Below, in pieces: positions 1 through 13,104 of a DNA stretch of 36,420 nucleotides (its first letter is position 1; each line of letters opens with the position of its first letter). This DNA comes from Sphaeroforma arctica JP610 (Eukaryota). The DNA lies in assembly GCF_001186125.1 (NCBI RefSeq), contig NW_014040492.1, positions 5,418 to 41,837 on the forward strand. The letters run 5' to 3'. The translations under genes and the position numbers were made by a program. Under the pieces are notes generated by a model. The model had not been told where the DNA came from. It saw only the letters and a program-made list of their open reading frames with translations, and did no database searches.

Positions 1-2
1 TA

Positions 3-42
<40 letters not shown>

Positions 43-98
43 ATCTATAATGTATATGTATATATAATGTATATGTATATATAATGTATATGTATATA
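1..98. repeat. (TA)n/(GT)n microsatellite plus TATAATGTATATGTA repeats (intronic)
   Basis: Directly visible. Confidence 0.9.
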
Positions 99-205
99 AA
101 TTCTTAATTTGTTTCGTATCCTCATATTCGTTGATAAGAACACATTTAATATGTTCTTACCTACCCTATTAGTAATCCTCTCTACCTATTGTTGCCCGTC
201 CACAG

Positions 206-3200
206 AGCGTCTTCTAGTGCTTCAGAAGAACACTGTTATGCTGGACATCCGTGGTCACAAGATACGAGTTATCCACATCAAATCCAAAAGCGAGCTACTG
301 CCCACACTCTTCTTCTTCCACGGCGCAGGGGGTCGGGCGGAGCAATGGCTTGAACAGGTGATTTATATAGTCCAACCTGTATCTTAGCCATTCTATCATA
401 GCATATAGCATATGTACAAAGTAGTATATATCTACCTGGCTAGTAGTGTGTGCCTACTTAGGTAGTGGTATGTGTCTACTTAGCTAGTAGTATATACCTA
501 CCTACCTAGTAATATGTACCTACTTAGCTAGAGGTATGTACCTATTTAGCTAGTAGTATGTACTTACTTAGTTAGTGGTATGTATCTACTTGACTAGGAG
601 CATGTACCTACCTGCCTAGTAATAAGTACCTACTTAACTCGAGTTATGTACCTATATAGCTAGTAATATGTACTTGCTTAGTTAGTGGTATGTATCTACC
701 TGCCTAGTTGTGTGTACCTACCTACCTAGTAATATGTACCTACTTAACTCGAGTTATGTACCTATTTAGCTAGTAATATGTACTTACTTAGTTATTGGTA
801 TGTATCTACCTGCCTAGTAGTATGCACCTACCTACCTAGTATTATGTACCTAACTACCTAGTAATATGTACCTACTTAATTAGAGGTATGTACCGCAGTC
901 ATACACTTAGTTACACATAGTCACACATAGTTACTACAGTTGTACACTTAGTTGCACTTAGTCACACATAGTAATTCGGAAGTGCGGTACTCTCGCGCCT
1001 GCTTCTTTCTCTTCCGACGCGTCCAAATGCTTTCTTAGAGCTGTTTTTTTTTTTGCCTCGTTGTTTGTTTCACAGATATCCTACTACTACAAGCGGGTAA
1101 CCATTGTCGCCATGGATCTCCTGGGACATGGCGATAGCGAAGTCACGGACGAGTATGTTCTGTACATCAGATGGTTGATATGTTATGTACATATATGGTC
1201 TTGTTTAGTGTACTTATGAGTATGCTAAGTACACCCCATGGTTGACATGTTATATGCATCTATGGTCTAGTTTAGCACTTATGAGGTTAAGGGCGTCCTA
1301 TCATCTGCTGAGTGGGTTGCTGTCAAAGCGTTGTGTGACTTGTTTCGAGTTATAGTCGGAGAATATGACAGTCTATATACATAGACTCATTTCAAACTTC
1401 CGTTCGTAGTTGCGTTTAACCCGGGCCTATTAATACTAGCCTGAGTTGTTAGGGATGCGCGGGTGCTCGTAGTGTGTATTCGTATCCGTCGCTTCCATGT
1501 GTTGCTTATTGCGTCTGGGGTGTTCTGGCCTTCCAATCGATGCCTGTCTTTGCCTATCTGCCTTTGTTGAACTTCGGGTTTTATTTGGACATGTCGGTCA
1601 CATCCTGTTTCACAGTCGTGTGGTATAGCTGCCCTATCTATGGCTTAATGCGCCCCTGTGTTGACCTGTTTCTTTCTCCTCGATCCACCGATATATATAT
1701 GCGTGTGTAGATCCATCCCCCGGCTTAGTGAACTAATTATTTGATTCTGCCTCTGCCTTTAGTCTTACGCTAGTGCGGTATAATATACCGCCTGAGTATT
1801 CCCCATGTGCCGTTGAGCCGTGGCCTTGTGCTGTTCTTATGGCCTTGTGGTTGCTGTCTATCTCTGCTGCGATATTTAACCATAGCCGCGTCTGCGTATC
1901 GCATCATTGCCAATCCGCAAAGTATCTGTGATCGGATCAACACGTGTGATGTACATACCAATCACTTCGCTCCCACACTCCCCACACGGTGTATATCGCA
2001 CGTGCTTACTTCTGTGTACAGACTGGAGGACTACACCAGCGCATCGATGGTGTCCGACATGTGCGAAGTCTTCAACCGATACCACGGAATGACCAATCTA
2101 TTTTTCGCGCACTCGTACGGTTGTTCATTGGTTGCCAAAATGCTGCCTCGATTGCCCCAAAAATCGGTAAGGACGGTCCCATCTGCTTTGTTTCGTCGTG
2201 TACATATTCCACTTTCAACTTGTTATTCTATAAAATGACCCCTGATTTGTATACCTGTCTGAGTTCTTGCCATTCTATTTTTACCGCGCTCCTTAGAGTA
2301 GACCTGCAAGATTGTGTTTGCTGCGAATCCTCCATCCAAATTATCTCAAATCCCGATTTTGTTCTATCACTCTCCTACTTCTCCCGCAGGTGGCCGGTGT
2401 GGCTATGTGTGCCCCCACACTACTCGCACCCGGGGATGTCATACACAAGCCATTCCACTTTCTCCCCATCCCGCTATTAAATGTCTTGCGATATCTGGAC
2501 CGATGGGGAGGGATCACTTCCAATAGTGTTAAACGCATGCTGCACGACAGCGCTTCGGATAAGCTCAAGGAACAGCAGTTGGCATGGAATGCGAGTACTT
2601 CTACAAAGGTACGGGTTTGTGTATGGGAAGGTTGGAGAAATTTTGTGAGTACCAGCATGTGTACAAACGTATAAATATATATATATATATATCTATTTTT
2701 ATTTCTATTTCTATATCAATGTCTATTTCTATTTCTATTTCCATTTCTATTTCTATTTCTGTCAATTTCTATTTCTATTTCTGTCTATTTATATTTCCAT
2801 TTCCATTTCTATTTCTATTTCTGTCTATTTCTATTTCCATTTCTATTTCCATTTCTATTTCTATTTCTGTCTATTTCTATTTCCATTTCTATTTCTGTCT
2901 ATTTCTATTTACATTTCTATTTCTATTTACATTTCTATTTCTATTTCTGTCTATTTCTATTTACATTTCTATTTCCATTTTCATTTCTATTTCTATTTCC
3001 ATTTCCATTTCTATGTCTATTTCTGTCTATTTCTATTTCCATTTCTATTTCCATTTCTATGTCTATTTCTGTCTATTTCTATTTCCATTTCCATTTCTAT
3101 CTCTATTTCTATTTCTATTTAAATTTCTGTCTATTTCTATTTATATTTCCATTTCTATTTCTATTTCCATTTCTATTTCTATCTCTATCTCTATTTCTGT

Positions 3201-6200
3201 CTATTTCCATTTCTATTTCTATTTCCATTTCTATTTCTATTTCTATTTCTATTTCTGTCTATTTCTATTTCTATTTCTATATCTATGTCTATGTCTATTT
3301 CTATATCAATGTCTATGTCTATTTCTATTTCCATTTCTATTTCTATTTCCATCTCTATGTCTATTTCTATGTCTATGTCTATTTCTATTTCTATGTCTAT
3401 GTCTATTTCTATATCAATGTCTATGTCTATTTCTATATCTATTTCTATATCTATGTCTATATCTATTTCTATATTTATGTCTATATCTATGTCTATTTCT
3501 ATTTCTATGTCTATATCTATTTCTGTTTCTATATATATGTCTATTTCTATTTCTATATCTATGTCTATTTCTATCTCTATTTCTATTTCTATTTCTATCT
3601 CTACATCTATCTCTATATCTATTTCTGTTTTATTTCTATTTCTGTTTCTATGTCTATGTCTATTTCTATGTATATGTCTATTTCTATGTATATGTATATG
3701 TCTATATTTATTTCTATTTCTGTTTCTATTTCCATTTCTATTTCCATTTCTATTTCTATTTCTGTCTATTTCTATTTCTATTTTCATTTTCATTTCTATT
3801 TCTGTCTATTTCTATTTCTATTTCTATTTCCATTTCTATTTCCATTTCTATGTCTATTTCTATTTCCATTTCTATCTCTATCTCTATTTCTATTTCTGTC
3901 TATTTCCATTTCCATTTCTATTTCTGTCTATTTCTATTTCCATTTCTATCTCTATTTCTATTTCTGTCTATTTCTATTTCTATTTCCATTCCTATTTCTA
4001 TTTCCATTTCCATTTCTATTTCTGTCTATTTCTATTTCAATTTCCATTTCTATTTCTATTTCTATTTCTGTCTATTTCCATTTCCATTTATATTTCTGTC
4101 TATTTCTATTTCCATTTCTATTTCTATTTCTATTTCTGTTGATTTCTATTTCCATTTCTATTTATATTTCTGTCTATTTCCATTTCTATTTCCATTTTCA
4201 TTTCTATTTCTGTCTATTTCTATTTCTATTTCCATTTCTATTTCCATTTCTATGTCTATTTCTGTCTATTTCTATTTCCATTTCTATCTCTATTTCTATT
4301 TCTGTCTATTTCTATTTCTATTTCTATTTCTTTCTATTTCCATTTCTATTTACATTTCTATTTCTTTTTCCATTTTCATTTCTATTTCTATTTCTGTCTA
4401 TTTCTATTTCCATTTCTATTTCTATTTCTATTTCTGTCTATTTCTATATCAATGTCTATTTCTATTTCTATTTCTATTTCCATCTCTGTCTATTTCTCTA
4501 TCTATGTCTATTTCTATGTCTATTTCTATATCAATGTCTGTCTATTTCTATATCTATGTCTATTTCTATTTCTATATCTATTTCTATATTTATGTCTATA
4601 TCTATGTCTATTTCTATTTCTATGTCTATATCTAATTATGTTTCTATATATATGTCTATTTCTATATCTATGTCTATTTCTATCTCTATTTCTATTTCTG
4701 TTTCTATGTCTAATTCTATTTCTATCTCTATATCTATTTCTGTTTTTATTTCTATTTCTATTTCTGTTTCTGTTTCTATGTTTATTTCTATTCATATCTC
4801 TATATCTATGTCTATATCTATTTCTAAATATATATCTATTTCTATTTCTGTTTCTATTTCTATGTCTATATCTATTTCTGTTTTTATGTCTATTTCTATT
4901 TCTATATCTATTTCTGTTTCTGTTTCTATGTATATTTCTATTTCTATGTCTATTTCTGTTTCTATGTATATTAATATTTCTATGTCTATCGTTATATCTA
5001 TTTCTATTTCTTTTTCTATGTCTATTTCTGTTTCTGTTTTATCTCTATGGCTATGTCTATATCTATTTCTTTTTCTTTTTCTGTTTCTATTTCTATATCT
5101 ATTTCTATTTCTATTTCTAAGTCTATGTCTATATCAGTTTCTATTTCTATATCTATGTCTATTTCTATATCTATGTATATATCTATCTTTATTTCTATTT
5201 CTATGTCTATTTCTGTTTCTATGTCTATATCTATGTATATTTCTGTGTATATGTATATATCTATTTCTGTTTCTATGTATATGTCTATATCTATTTCTAT
5301 TACTATTTCTGTTTCTATTTCTATATCTATTTCTGTTTCTATTTCTGTTTCAATGTCTATTTCTATTTCTATATCAATGTCTATTCCTATTTCTATATCT
5401 ATATCTTTTTCTATGCCTATGCCTATTTCTATGTGTATATCTATTTCTGTTTCTATGTATATGTCTATATCTTTTTATATGTATATGTCTATTTCTTTTT
5501 ATATCTCTATGTCTATGTTTATATCTATTTCTGTTTCTATGTATATGTATATGTCTATATCTATTTCTTTTTCTATATCTATTTCTATTTCTATTTCTTC
5601 TTCTATGTCTATTTCTATGTCTATGTCTATAACTATATCTGTTTCTATTTCTATGTCTATTTTTATTTCTATATGTATTTCTATATCTATTTCTATATCT
5701 ATTTCTGTTTATATATATATTTCTATGTCTATATCTATTCATATTAATATTTATATTTCTGTTCCTATTTCTATGTCTATGTCTATTTCTATGTATATGT
5801 CTATTTCTATGGCTATGTCTGTTTCTGTTTCTATTTCTATATCTATTTCTATATATATTTCTATTTCTATATCTATTTCTATTTCTGTTTCTATATATAT
5901 TTCTATGTCTATATCTATTTCTATTACTATTTCTGTTCCTATTTCTATGTCTATATTTATTTCTATTTCTATTTCTATTCCTATGTCTATTTCTATTTCT
6001 ATTTCTATGTCTATTTCTATTTCTATTTCTATATCTATTTATATACATATATATATATATATATGCGTGTGTGGTTTTGAAGTGGTGTGTAAGTTTGTGT
6101 GTGTTCCAAGTCGGTGTGCTTACAAGTGGGTTGGGTGGATCGATGGGGTCGTGTGTGCATGTTGGATGGGTCACGTGTGCCTGTGTGATGTGTGTGTGTG

Positions 6201-9200
6201 CATGTGGTATGTGTACATATGTGTATGTGGTTTTAGGGTTTGTATTCGTGCATTTAGAATAAGCGTTCGCGATATCTATTGTTTGATTCCGTATACTATC
6301 GACTTTTCACTTCTATCTGATAATACTTATTGCAGTATTTTTCTATCTTCCCCACCTGTATGCTGGCTTAATCTTTCTACCTATACCCTTACGCACACCC
6401 ATAGGTTGTTAAGATGATGCTGGAATCTCTAGATCTGGCTACTCTCGAGGACTACCAGGCGATAACTGTACCCTTCTGCCTGGTGTCGGGTGAGGATGAC
6501 CGAGTCACTCCCTGCCGTCTTGCAAGGTGTGTTCTATATATATATATATCCTGATTGGACAAAAGGTTCGGGACTGGCAAGGTGTGTTCTATATATATAA
6601 TTTTCCTGATTGGATAAGAGGTTCGGATTACCTTGTGTGTTGGCCCGTGCGGGAGTTCTAGTGCGAGCCTCGTTTGACTCTTCAGCGGTGTGTATGCGCG
6701 TGGTATGATTACTAGTGTGTGGGGCCCTTCAGCAATAGCACTGTCTGTCTGTGGCGGAGAAACACCCAGCCCGTCTGCAAGGAATGTGCAGGAAGTCATA
6801 GTAGGACATACTGTCTACATGGTGAGTCTCCGTTAAACCGCTGTGCCTGTTCTGGACCCGATATCGCGTATCTGTGCAAGACGCTGTGTTGGGTCCAATG
6901 ACAAACTGTTTTGTATATATCAGGATGTGCTTGTGTCACATATGCCTATTCATCACGTTCGCACACCATGCAACACAGGATGATCATCGATGCCATCGAA
7001 GCAAACAACGGCCCCGAGAGCGCACCTTCCAAGGACCCGACCTCAGCCCATTACAGTGGTGACGTGGACGATAATAGTAGCAAGAACAACAGCAGGGAGA
7101 CGCTCACTAGCCCGCCAATGGAAGCAACGGGTACAGACACCAGTTCAGTCCCAGGCACACGCACAGACACAGGCGCAGACACGGGAGGCGAACCTGCTCA
7201 GCAGACACCATCCGATAGACGTGACCTGGTAGTGTGCATGGTACAGGATATGAGCGGTGAAGTGGTTGGCGGAGAGAAGCCAGCTGTGGACTCGAGCGCG
7301 AAAATGGGAGAAGGCACCAGCGGTTTGGCGACTGGTTTGGGGCTAGATAGCCCTGAAAAGGGGGCAAATGGGGGTCTTGGTGTGAAAGAGCTGATGGAGG
7401 AGGACCTTTTGCGTTCTGATAGTTTGGGAGTGACTGATGCCAGCGCAGAGATGTTTGGGTCTGGCAGAGAGTATCCGGACGATAGTGAGGTAGAGGGGAA
7501 GCCGAGTGATGGGGAGGGCGAGTTAAGTGCCTGTGAGAGCGAGAAGGAAGGAGATCGGGACGATATCTGTGAAGACGATATTGTGTGTAAGCGTGATACT
7601 GAGAATGGAGAAAAAAATACGACAACTAGTACAAGTGTAGGGCCCAAGTCTTCGATCAAGGGGATTGGTGTAGATGCTGGGTATAGCACAGAAAACAAAC
7701 AGGACGGGAATGCGGATGCGGATGCGGATGCGGCTGGGAAACAAACAGACAACCTTGGAGAAAGCAGCCTAAAAGTGACAAAAGTGGGGCCTTTAGAAGG
7801 GTCAGGTGAAGACGATACCGTTTCAGACTTGCCCTCGAGTGTGGTGATACCGCAACATGCCGAAGAAGTTGAGGAGGGACGCAAGTTGGCACGTCAGATG
7901 AGTCATAGTCGCAACCAGGCCAAGCAAGACGCAGAGGCAACGGCGGCGCTAAGGAGTGGGTGTAAGTCTTAAGTCCCTTCACACTCCGTCTCCCAATCTC
8001 ATGCATGTTAATGTAGCTTCATTCAGCTACGGGAGTTATATACAGTAAAGCCTATGCTCTGTTAGAGTTGCGTGATAGTTGGCTTTGGTGGTGGTTGTGT
8101 CTGGGGGTTATGTACGATGGTTGCGTCTTGACGTTGTGTTTATATTCAATTGCATACCGGTTGGAGGATATGATATAGTCCTTTGTGGGAAGGAATATGT
8201 TTATCTAGCGGTTGTGACCGGTGATTTGTACAGACTAGCCCGTTAGTGCTCTCAGCCACTTGTATGAGTAGGCTAACAATCCGCCTATGAAGTGGTTACC
8301 ATGATGCAAACAGGTTCCAGCGTCATTCCCTCACGCGTTTTAAGCAATACACCTCGTTTTGGGCGCGTCTGTGTGTTTTACCTATGTCCATGTACGTGTG
8401 TCTGTGCCTGTATGTGTGTGTGTGTATGTATAAAATCGCCTCTACCTGTGATTATGCTCACAGGTGCGGATAGTGGCAATGAGAATCAGGAAGCGTCCAA
8501 GGTAATATCAAGGAAGACTACTGGCAGTAGCACTCGGTCACTATCAGCCGCAGCGAGTGCCGAGGGCCGAAGCAAGCATATGCCACAATCGCCGGCTGAG
8601 GATAAGATGGTTGAGCTCCATATTATATCCGAGTGTGGTCATCAGGTGTGTTTAAGTACCTCGATCTAGTAATGAGTGTGGTACAATCGCCTGCTGAGGA
8701 TACGATAGTGAAGTTCCATATTATATCCGAGTGTGGGCATCAGATTTGCATCAGTATATATACATGGGCGATTTACGTACGGTATGCGAATACAGTCATT
8801 GTTTGAACGGTATTTATGTGTGTGCGCGTATCTGTATGTTGTCGTGGTAAGTGAAGCACCATTCGATATCTAAGAACAAATGGTACAGCTTGAAAATACA
8901 TTCACGTGTGGGCATTTGAATCGGCTTGGATAGGACGATAGGCGGGTATATATACTGATCTACTACTTCAGGTAGTCGTCTGGCCTGTAGCAGTAAGTGT
9001 GTATAAGGGTGGATACCAAATACGTGGTGTTTCAATAAAGTTTGTATTTGCCGCCAATAGCAATCTGTATTAGACTTCTTGTCAGAAAATATATTTTTAT
9101 CCCATTTCATCTGATTGCTTACCCTTCCCGAAACACACTGCTACCCAGGTGATGCTGGAGAAGAAAAGTATATTCAACGCAGTTGTCAATAACTTCTTCA

Positions 9201-12200
9201 TCCAAACGGCCGGCGTCACTGTGCTGGACCGGTTGCACAGACTCAACCGGGGCGACAGCGTGCACGACAAGTGGTATGTCTATATATATATATATATATA
9301 TATATCCCGTCCCCATTCCCTGCGTGTTGGAATACATGCTAGGATATATCGGTCACAACCTCGTTTGTGAAAGTGAGAGGTGTGTTTCAAAGGGGGTCTT
9401 TTGTATTTCGTAAGAGTATTGTCGCTGTACGTTTTAGTGTACGTTTTCGACTTCAACACTGACCTACTTAAAAGTGGCGGCCTATCTTTTCTGCGGTGTG
9501 ATTAGAACGTTTTTAAATATGTGCTCGGACTGGGGTTGCGTTGCGTGATGTTTTGGTATATCACAAGTATTTGGAGTATTGAATCTATAGACTATCTGTA
9601 CCGATGTCGTACATGAGCCATCTATCTCATAATGGTGTGTGCTGTACTGGATTAGCGCCTGAGCCAGCAGATTTACACGCATACATTTCGACTGGGTGCT
9701 TTTGTTGTTTGTCTACTGACATTGCGAACTACATTTTCAAACCCCAGGGCATTAAAGAATTATGAGAAGTGGTCCAAGACTTTAAATTTCGGTGAAGCGA
9801 TACTGTTCAAGAACAATACAAGAGGCTTTGTTCCGATGAAGGTATGAACCCTTACACCCCATACACTTGGTTTATTTGCGTCATCAATCCATGTTTTGTG
9901 CGTCTCAATCGTTAACTAGTCTACCCTGGTTAGTCTGAAAGGTGTGATAGTAAGTTTCCTGTTCGTAAACCATGTATAAGCATCGAAACTGCAGCTCTGT
10001 CCGCCTGTATGTTTTATGTGCGTCTCATCTCTATGTAGGACGACAGCGTATCGCTATTGTTCCGTGAGCTCATACCGGTTGCATATTGGCCATACTCTAC
10101 TAAATAGTAATGAATTAAATCCAGCAACGATAGAATTTTACGCATGGGTAAATTAAACCTCACATGTATAAATACGTATGGGCATAAGCACCTGTCACAT
10201 AGGAATTTGGTATACACACGCGCGATTCAAGCATCTGTGTCATCTGGTCGACCTATCTGTGTGGTTACTGCCAGAATTATATGCGCAACGCCTTGTCCCA
10301 CAGTGCAGCGCTCTTTCACCACCACCCTTCGACTGGGTGTAGAGTTGTGTGCCCAAGCAGAGCTATTTCTACAGAATGGGTGGTTCTAAGTGGGTGGGCT
10401 TTGCATATAAATAGCACTGGTTTGTGATAGTAACGAGCTAAAACTCTAAAGCTAATCATTTGCTTGTTTCAGTGGTCTGGAGCTAAGTTTTCGGCGACGT
10501 TTGTTTCAGTTGTGTTCATTGAGTCACGATGCACTTAGCTTCTAGTCGCACTTTGTTGCATTCCACTGCTGTTACATGCATTACATATCTCTCCCTGTTG
10601 TTGTAGTAGTTGGCTATATTCTGGATATCTGTCAAGTTATAGTCTGTTTTGGTTTATTGTCCTTGCTTCCCATCGTTTTTAACTACAACCTCGCTATGTA
10701 TTTATGTATTCTCATCAATTTTAGGTATTACGACAAGATGATGCGAATCATTCACCGAGTAATTTTATATCGAAGAATAAGCGTGTGGGAGTGGTGCTGG
10801 ACTTAACATCACAAGCGCCGCCGTACAACACAAAAGATGAGGTATGCATTTATGTGCGTGCGGGAATCAAAACTCATGCATGCGTACCTGCTACTAAGCA
10901 TATTTGTCTGTGCATCTGGTATTTATCTTTACCCAGGCATGTTTTCACAATATGTGGGAAGAGTTTTTTTACGTGTGTACACTTCTGCTCTTAGACAGCC
11001 TGTATATCACACACTAATATCAGGATATATAACAATAGGTTGTCTGAAAATCGAATTATTTGCACTGGAGCATAAGCTTCGCATGTATGGGATGACTTGT
11101 TTTTGTATGCCAAACGTGCAAAGGCACTGGGTAGATTAGGATCAATATATACGTATGCGCTCGTGGTAGATTAGACCAATATCTACGTATGCGCTCGTGG
11201 TAGATTTGATCAATATCTACGTATGCGCCCGTGGTAGATTAGATCAATATCTACGTATGCGCTTGTGGTAGATTAGATAAATATCTACGTATGCGCTCGT
11301 GGTAGATTAGATCAATATCTACGTATGCGCTCGTGGTAGATTAGATCAATATCTACGTATGCGCTTGTGGTAGATTGGATCAATATCTACGTATGCGCTC
11401 GTGGTAGATTAGATCAATATCTACTGATGCAATCGTGGTATCTACGTATGTGCTCGTGGTAGATTAGATCAATATCTACGTATGCGCTCGTCGCAGGACA
11501 ATATTGTTAGATGCACACTGATATGACGCAGGACTGGGACGTCGTAGTACGAGTATATATCTGCGATTTAACTACACCCTCTCGTTTGTATGGTATGCAG
11601 TATTAGCGTATCTGGTGAGTCACAGACCATTTATAAGGAATTGTGGAAATAGACGTGGCCTCTATCCTCGAACGACTTAGCTTTGAACTCACATATACGC
11701 GGACACAGATACTAGCCTCGCCTTCGCTATCGCACACAATTTGTACAATGTTGCATGTGTGCACGTGCTCGCTACCGAGTCTAGGAATATCCTAGGTACA
11801 TTTGAGTACAAGTTTAACTCCACCGTGACCTCGGAGCTGATATATTTCTATTTGGAACTTCGAAAATTTACGATGCAGAGTCTGCCGCTGTATATCAAGC
11901 TAGCGGCCGAGTCCAAAAAAGTACCCAGCAAAGAGTACGTCAAGTCTTTTATTCAAACAGTGGACAACTTCTGGAAGAACAACCCCGATTCGTTGGTGGC
12001 TGTACATTGCCATTACGGGTTCAACCGAACGTAAGTATTTCACTATAGCACATACATATTGAAGCGGAAATTATCGGAGTCTTGGTTTTCTAGTGTATGC
12101 AATTGATGTGTATATTAAATGCTCTCTTGCGTGTGTGAATTGCTTTGTGGTTCTGATATCGCAGACTATTGTCTGCGTAATATCATCTTTAAATCTAAAG

Positions 12201-13104
12201 TGCGATTGGAGTGTTTGGGGGGGGGTAAAGCCGGGTGAATTGTATATACTCGGCGGTGACTGTGAAGAAGTAACCATGATTGATTGATACGACTTTAACA
12301 TGTGAGAGCGGGTATTGTGGATGGCGATTCGTGTTTAGCCCCAGTTCGGCGTATTTTGTTTTTACAAAAATTCCACATCTATTTGTACTACAAACATAAA
12401 TCAATATCTGCATCTTAATAATGGGTTGCAGTATTCTCATATACTTGTGCGACTGCTAAGGGTAGAATTGGCTATGATTTCCAATCTTGTGTGCTTCTTC
12501 GACTTGCGTTTGAATGTTCTATTTATACGCTCATATGAAAGCACATAAGGCAAAGAATGGAGCTCACTTGAAAGTTGGAGAGTCGTCGATTACTACTGTG
12601 TACGCCTTGATTACTGGGGTTTAAATAAGTGAACCGGCAATCGTACGATTCGATTTTACACGATTGATGAAGTATAACTCACTGTGTGTGACTCACCATT
12701 AAAAGAACTGTGATTACGCAATTCTCGACTGCAGGGGTTTCCTACTGGCCAGCTATTTGATTGAACGGGCGGATTACAGTGTAGAAGAGGCCATTGCTGC
12801 GGTATGTAAATCGTCTTTTCCAGTTTTGGTGCACGTTATTTGTTTTTCTGATTGGTTAGACGATAGACACTTTAGTTGCCACCCACCCACTTTCGTCCCT
12901 TTCCTTGGTCAATATTTCATTTTCAGACATGTCTCAGCTGTGTGTTTAATATGCTGACAAAATTGCCTAGGTATTCACTTGCACTTTCAATTGTATTCAC
13001 AGTTCAAACAATCCAGACCAAAAGGCATACGACATCAGCACTTTCTGGATGAGTTATTTCTGCGCTACACCCGCCGTTCGTCCTCTGTAGCAAATAAACA
13101 CTAG
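206..13104 (+). CDS. Spliced gene (5' end upstream of window): alpha/beta-hydrolase (ABHD8-like) fused to a C-terminal DUSP11/RNA 5'-triphosphatase-like dual-specificity phosphatase, >=844 aa
   Basis: Exons reconstructed by hand, all GT-AG and phase-consistent: 206-357, 1076-1152, 2022-2166, 2390-2608, 6405-6526, 6979-7961, 8464-8645, 9149-9273, 9748-9841, 10725-10841, 11879-12030, 12735-12801, 13003-13104 (TAG). Hydrolase motifs: FFFHGAGG, MDLLGHGDS, AHSYG, SGEDDRVTP, ECGHQVMLE. Phosphatase motifs: VAVHCHYGFNRTGFLLASYLIE, FKQSRPKGIRHQHFLDELFLRY. Confidence 0.9.
420..893. repeat. 22-bp intronic minisatellite (~TAGTAGTATGTACCTACTTAGC) with a 110-bp higher-order period
   Basis: Variant TACTTAACTCGAGTTATGTA recurs at 631 and 741; blocks starting 491, 601 and 711 align. 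Confidence 0.85.
895..975. repeat. ~10-bp tandem repeat (CACATAGTTA/CACTTAGTCA)
   Basis: Directly visible. Confidence 0.75.
2670..6072. repeat. ~3.4-kb degenerate hexamer satellite (ATTTCT/ATGTCT/ATATCT/ATTTCC)n inside intron 4
   Basis: Continuous hexamer periodicity bounded by (TA)n tracts, between exon end 2608 and exon start 6405. Confidence 0.97.
9748..13104 (+). other. Cysteine-phosphatase (DSPc, DUSP11/capping-enzyme triphosphatase-like) domain portion (exons 9-13)
   Basis: FVPMK, VLDLT, YIKL and the HCxxGxNRTG P-loop split across intron 12031-12734; no guanylyltransferase domain follows before the TAG. Confidence 0.88.
11127..11490. repeat. 34-bp minisatellite, ~10 copies (GTGGTAGATTAGATCAATATCTACGTATGCGCTC), intronic
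   Basis: Head-to-tail near-identical units with no spacers. Confidence 0.93.

Larger units (their letters stand above)
206..9200 (+). other. Alpha/beta-hydrolase domain portion (exons 1-8)
   Basis: Oxyanion HG motif (exon 206-357), DLLGHG (1076-1152), nucleophile elbow AHSYG at 2107-2121, acid residue GEDD (exon 6405-6526), catalytic His in ECGHQ at the end of exon 8464-8645. Confidence 0.85.

Noticed and set aside
2584..6417. Very long ORFs (683, 857, 456 aa etc.; poly-IS, FL, YF, RN)
   Set aside because: Artefacts of a stop-poor hexamer satellite lying within a GT-AG intron (2609-6404) of the hydrolase gene.
7107..8006. Minus-strand ORFs of 116-228 aa
   Set aside because: Antisense shadows of the large coding exon 6979-7961.
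11127..11490. CRISPR-like array (34-bp partly palindromic repeat)
   Set aside because: Units are contiguous with no unique spacers, intronic in a eukaryotic gene, and there are no cas genes.
9748..13104. mRNA capping enzyme (RNGTT)
   Set aside because: The triphosphatase-like domain is C-terminal and ends at TAG 13104; no KxDG guanylyltransferase domain follows.
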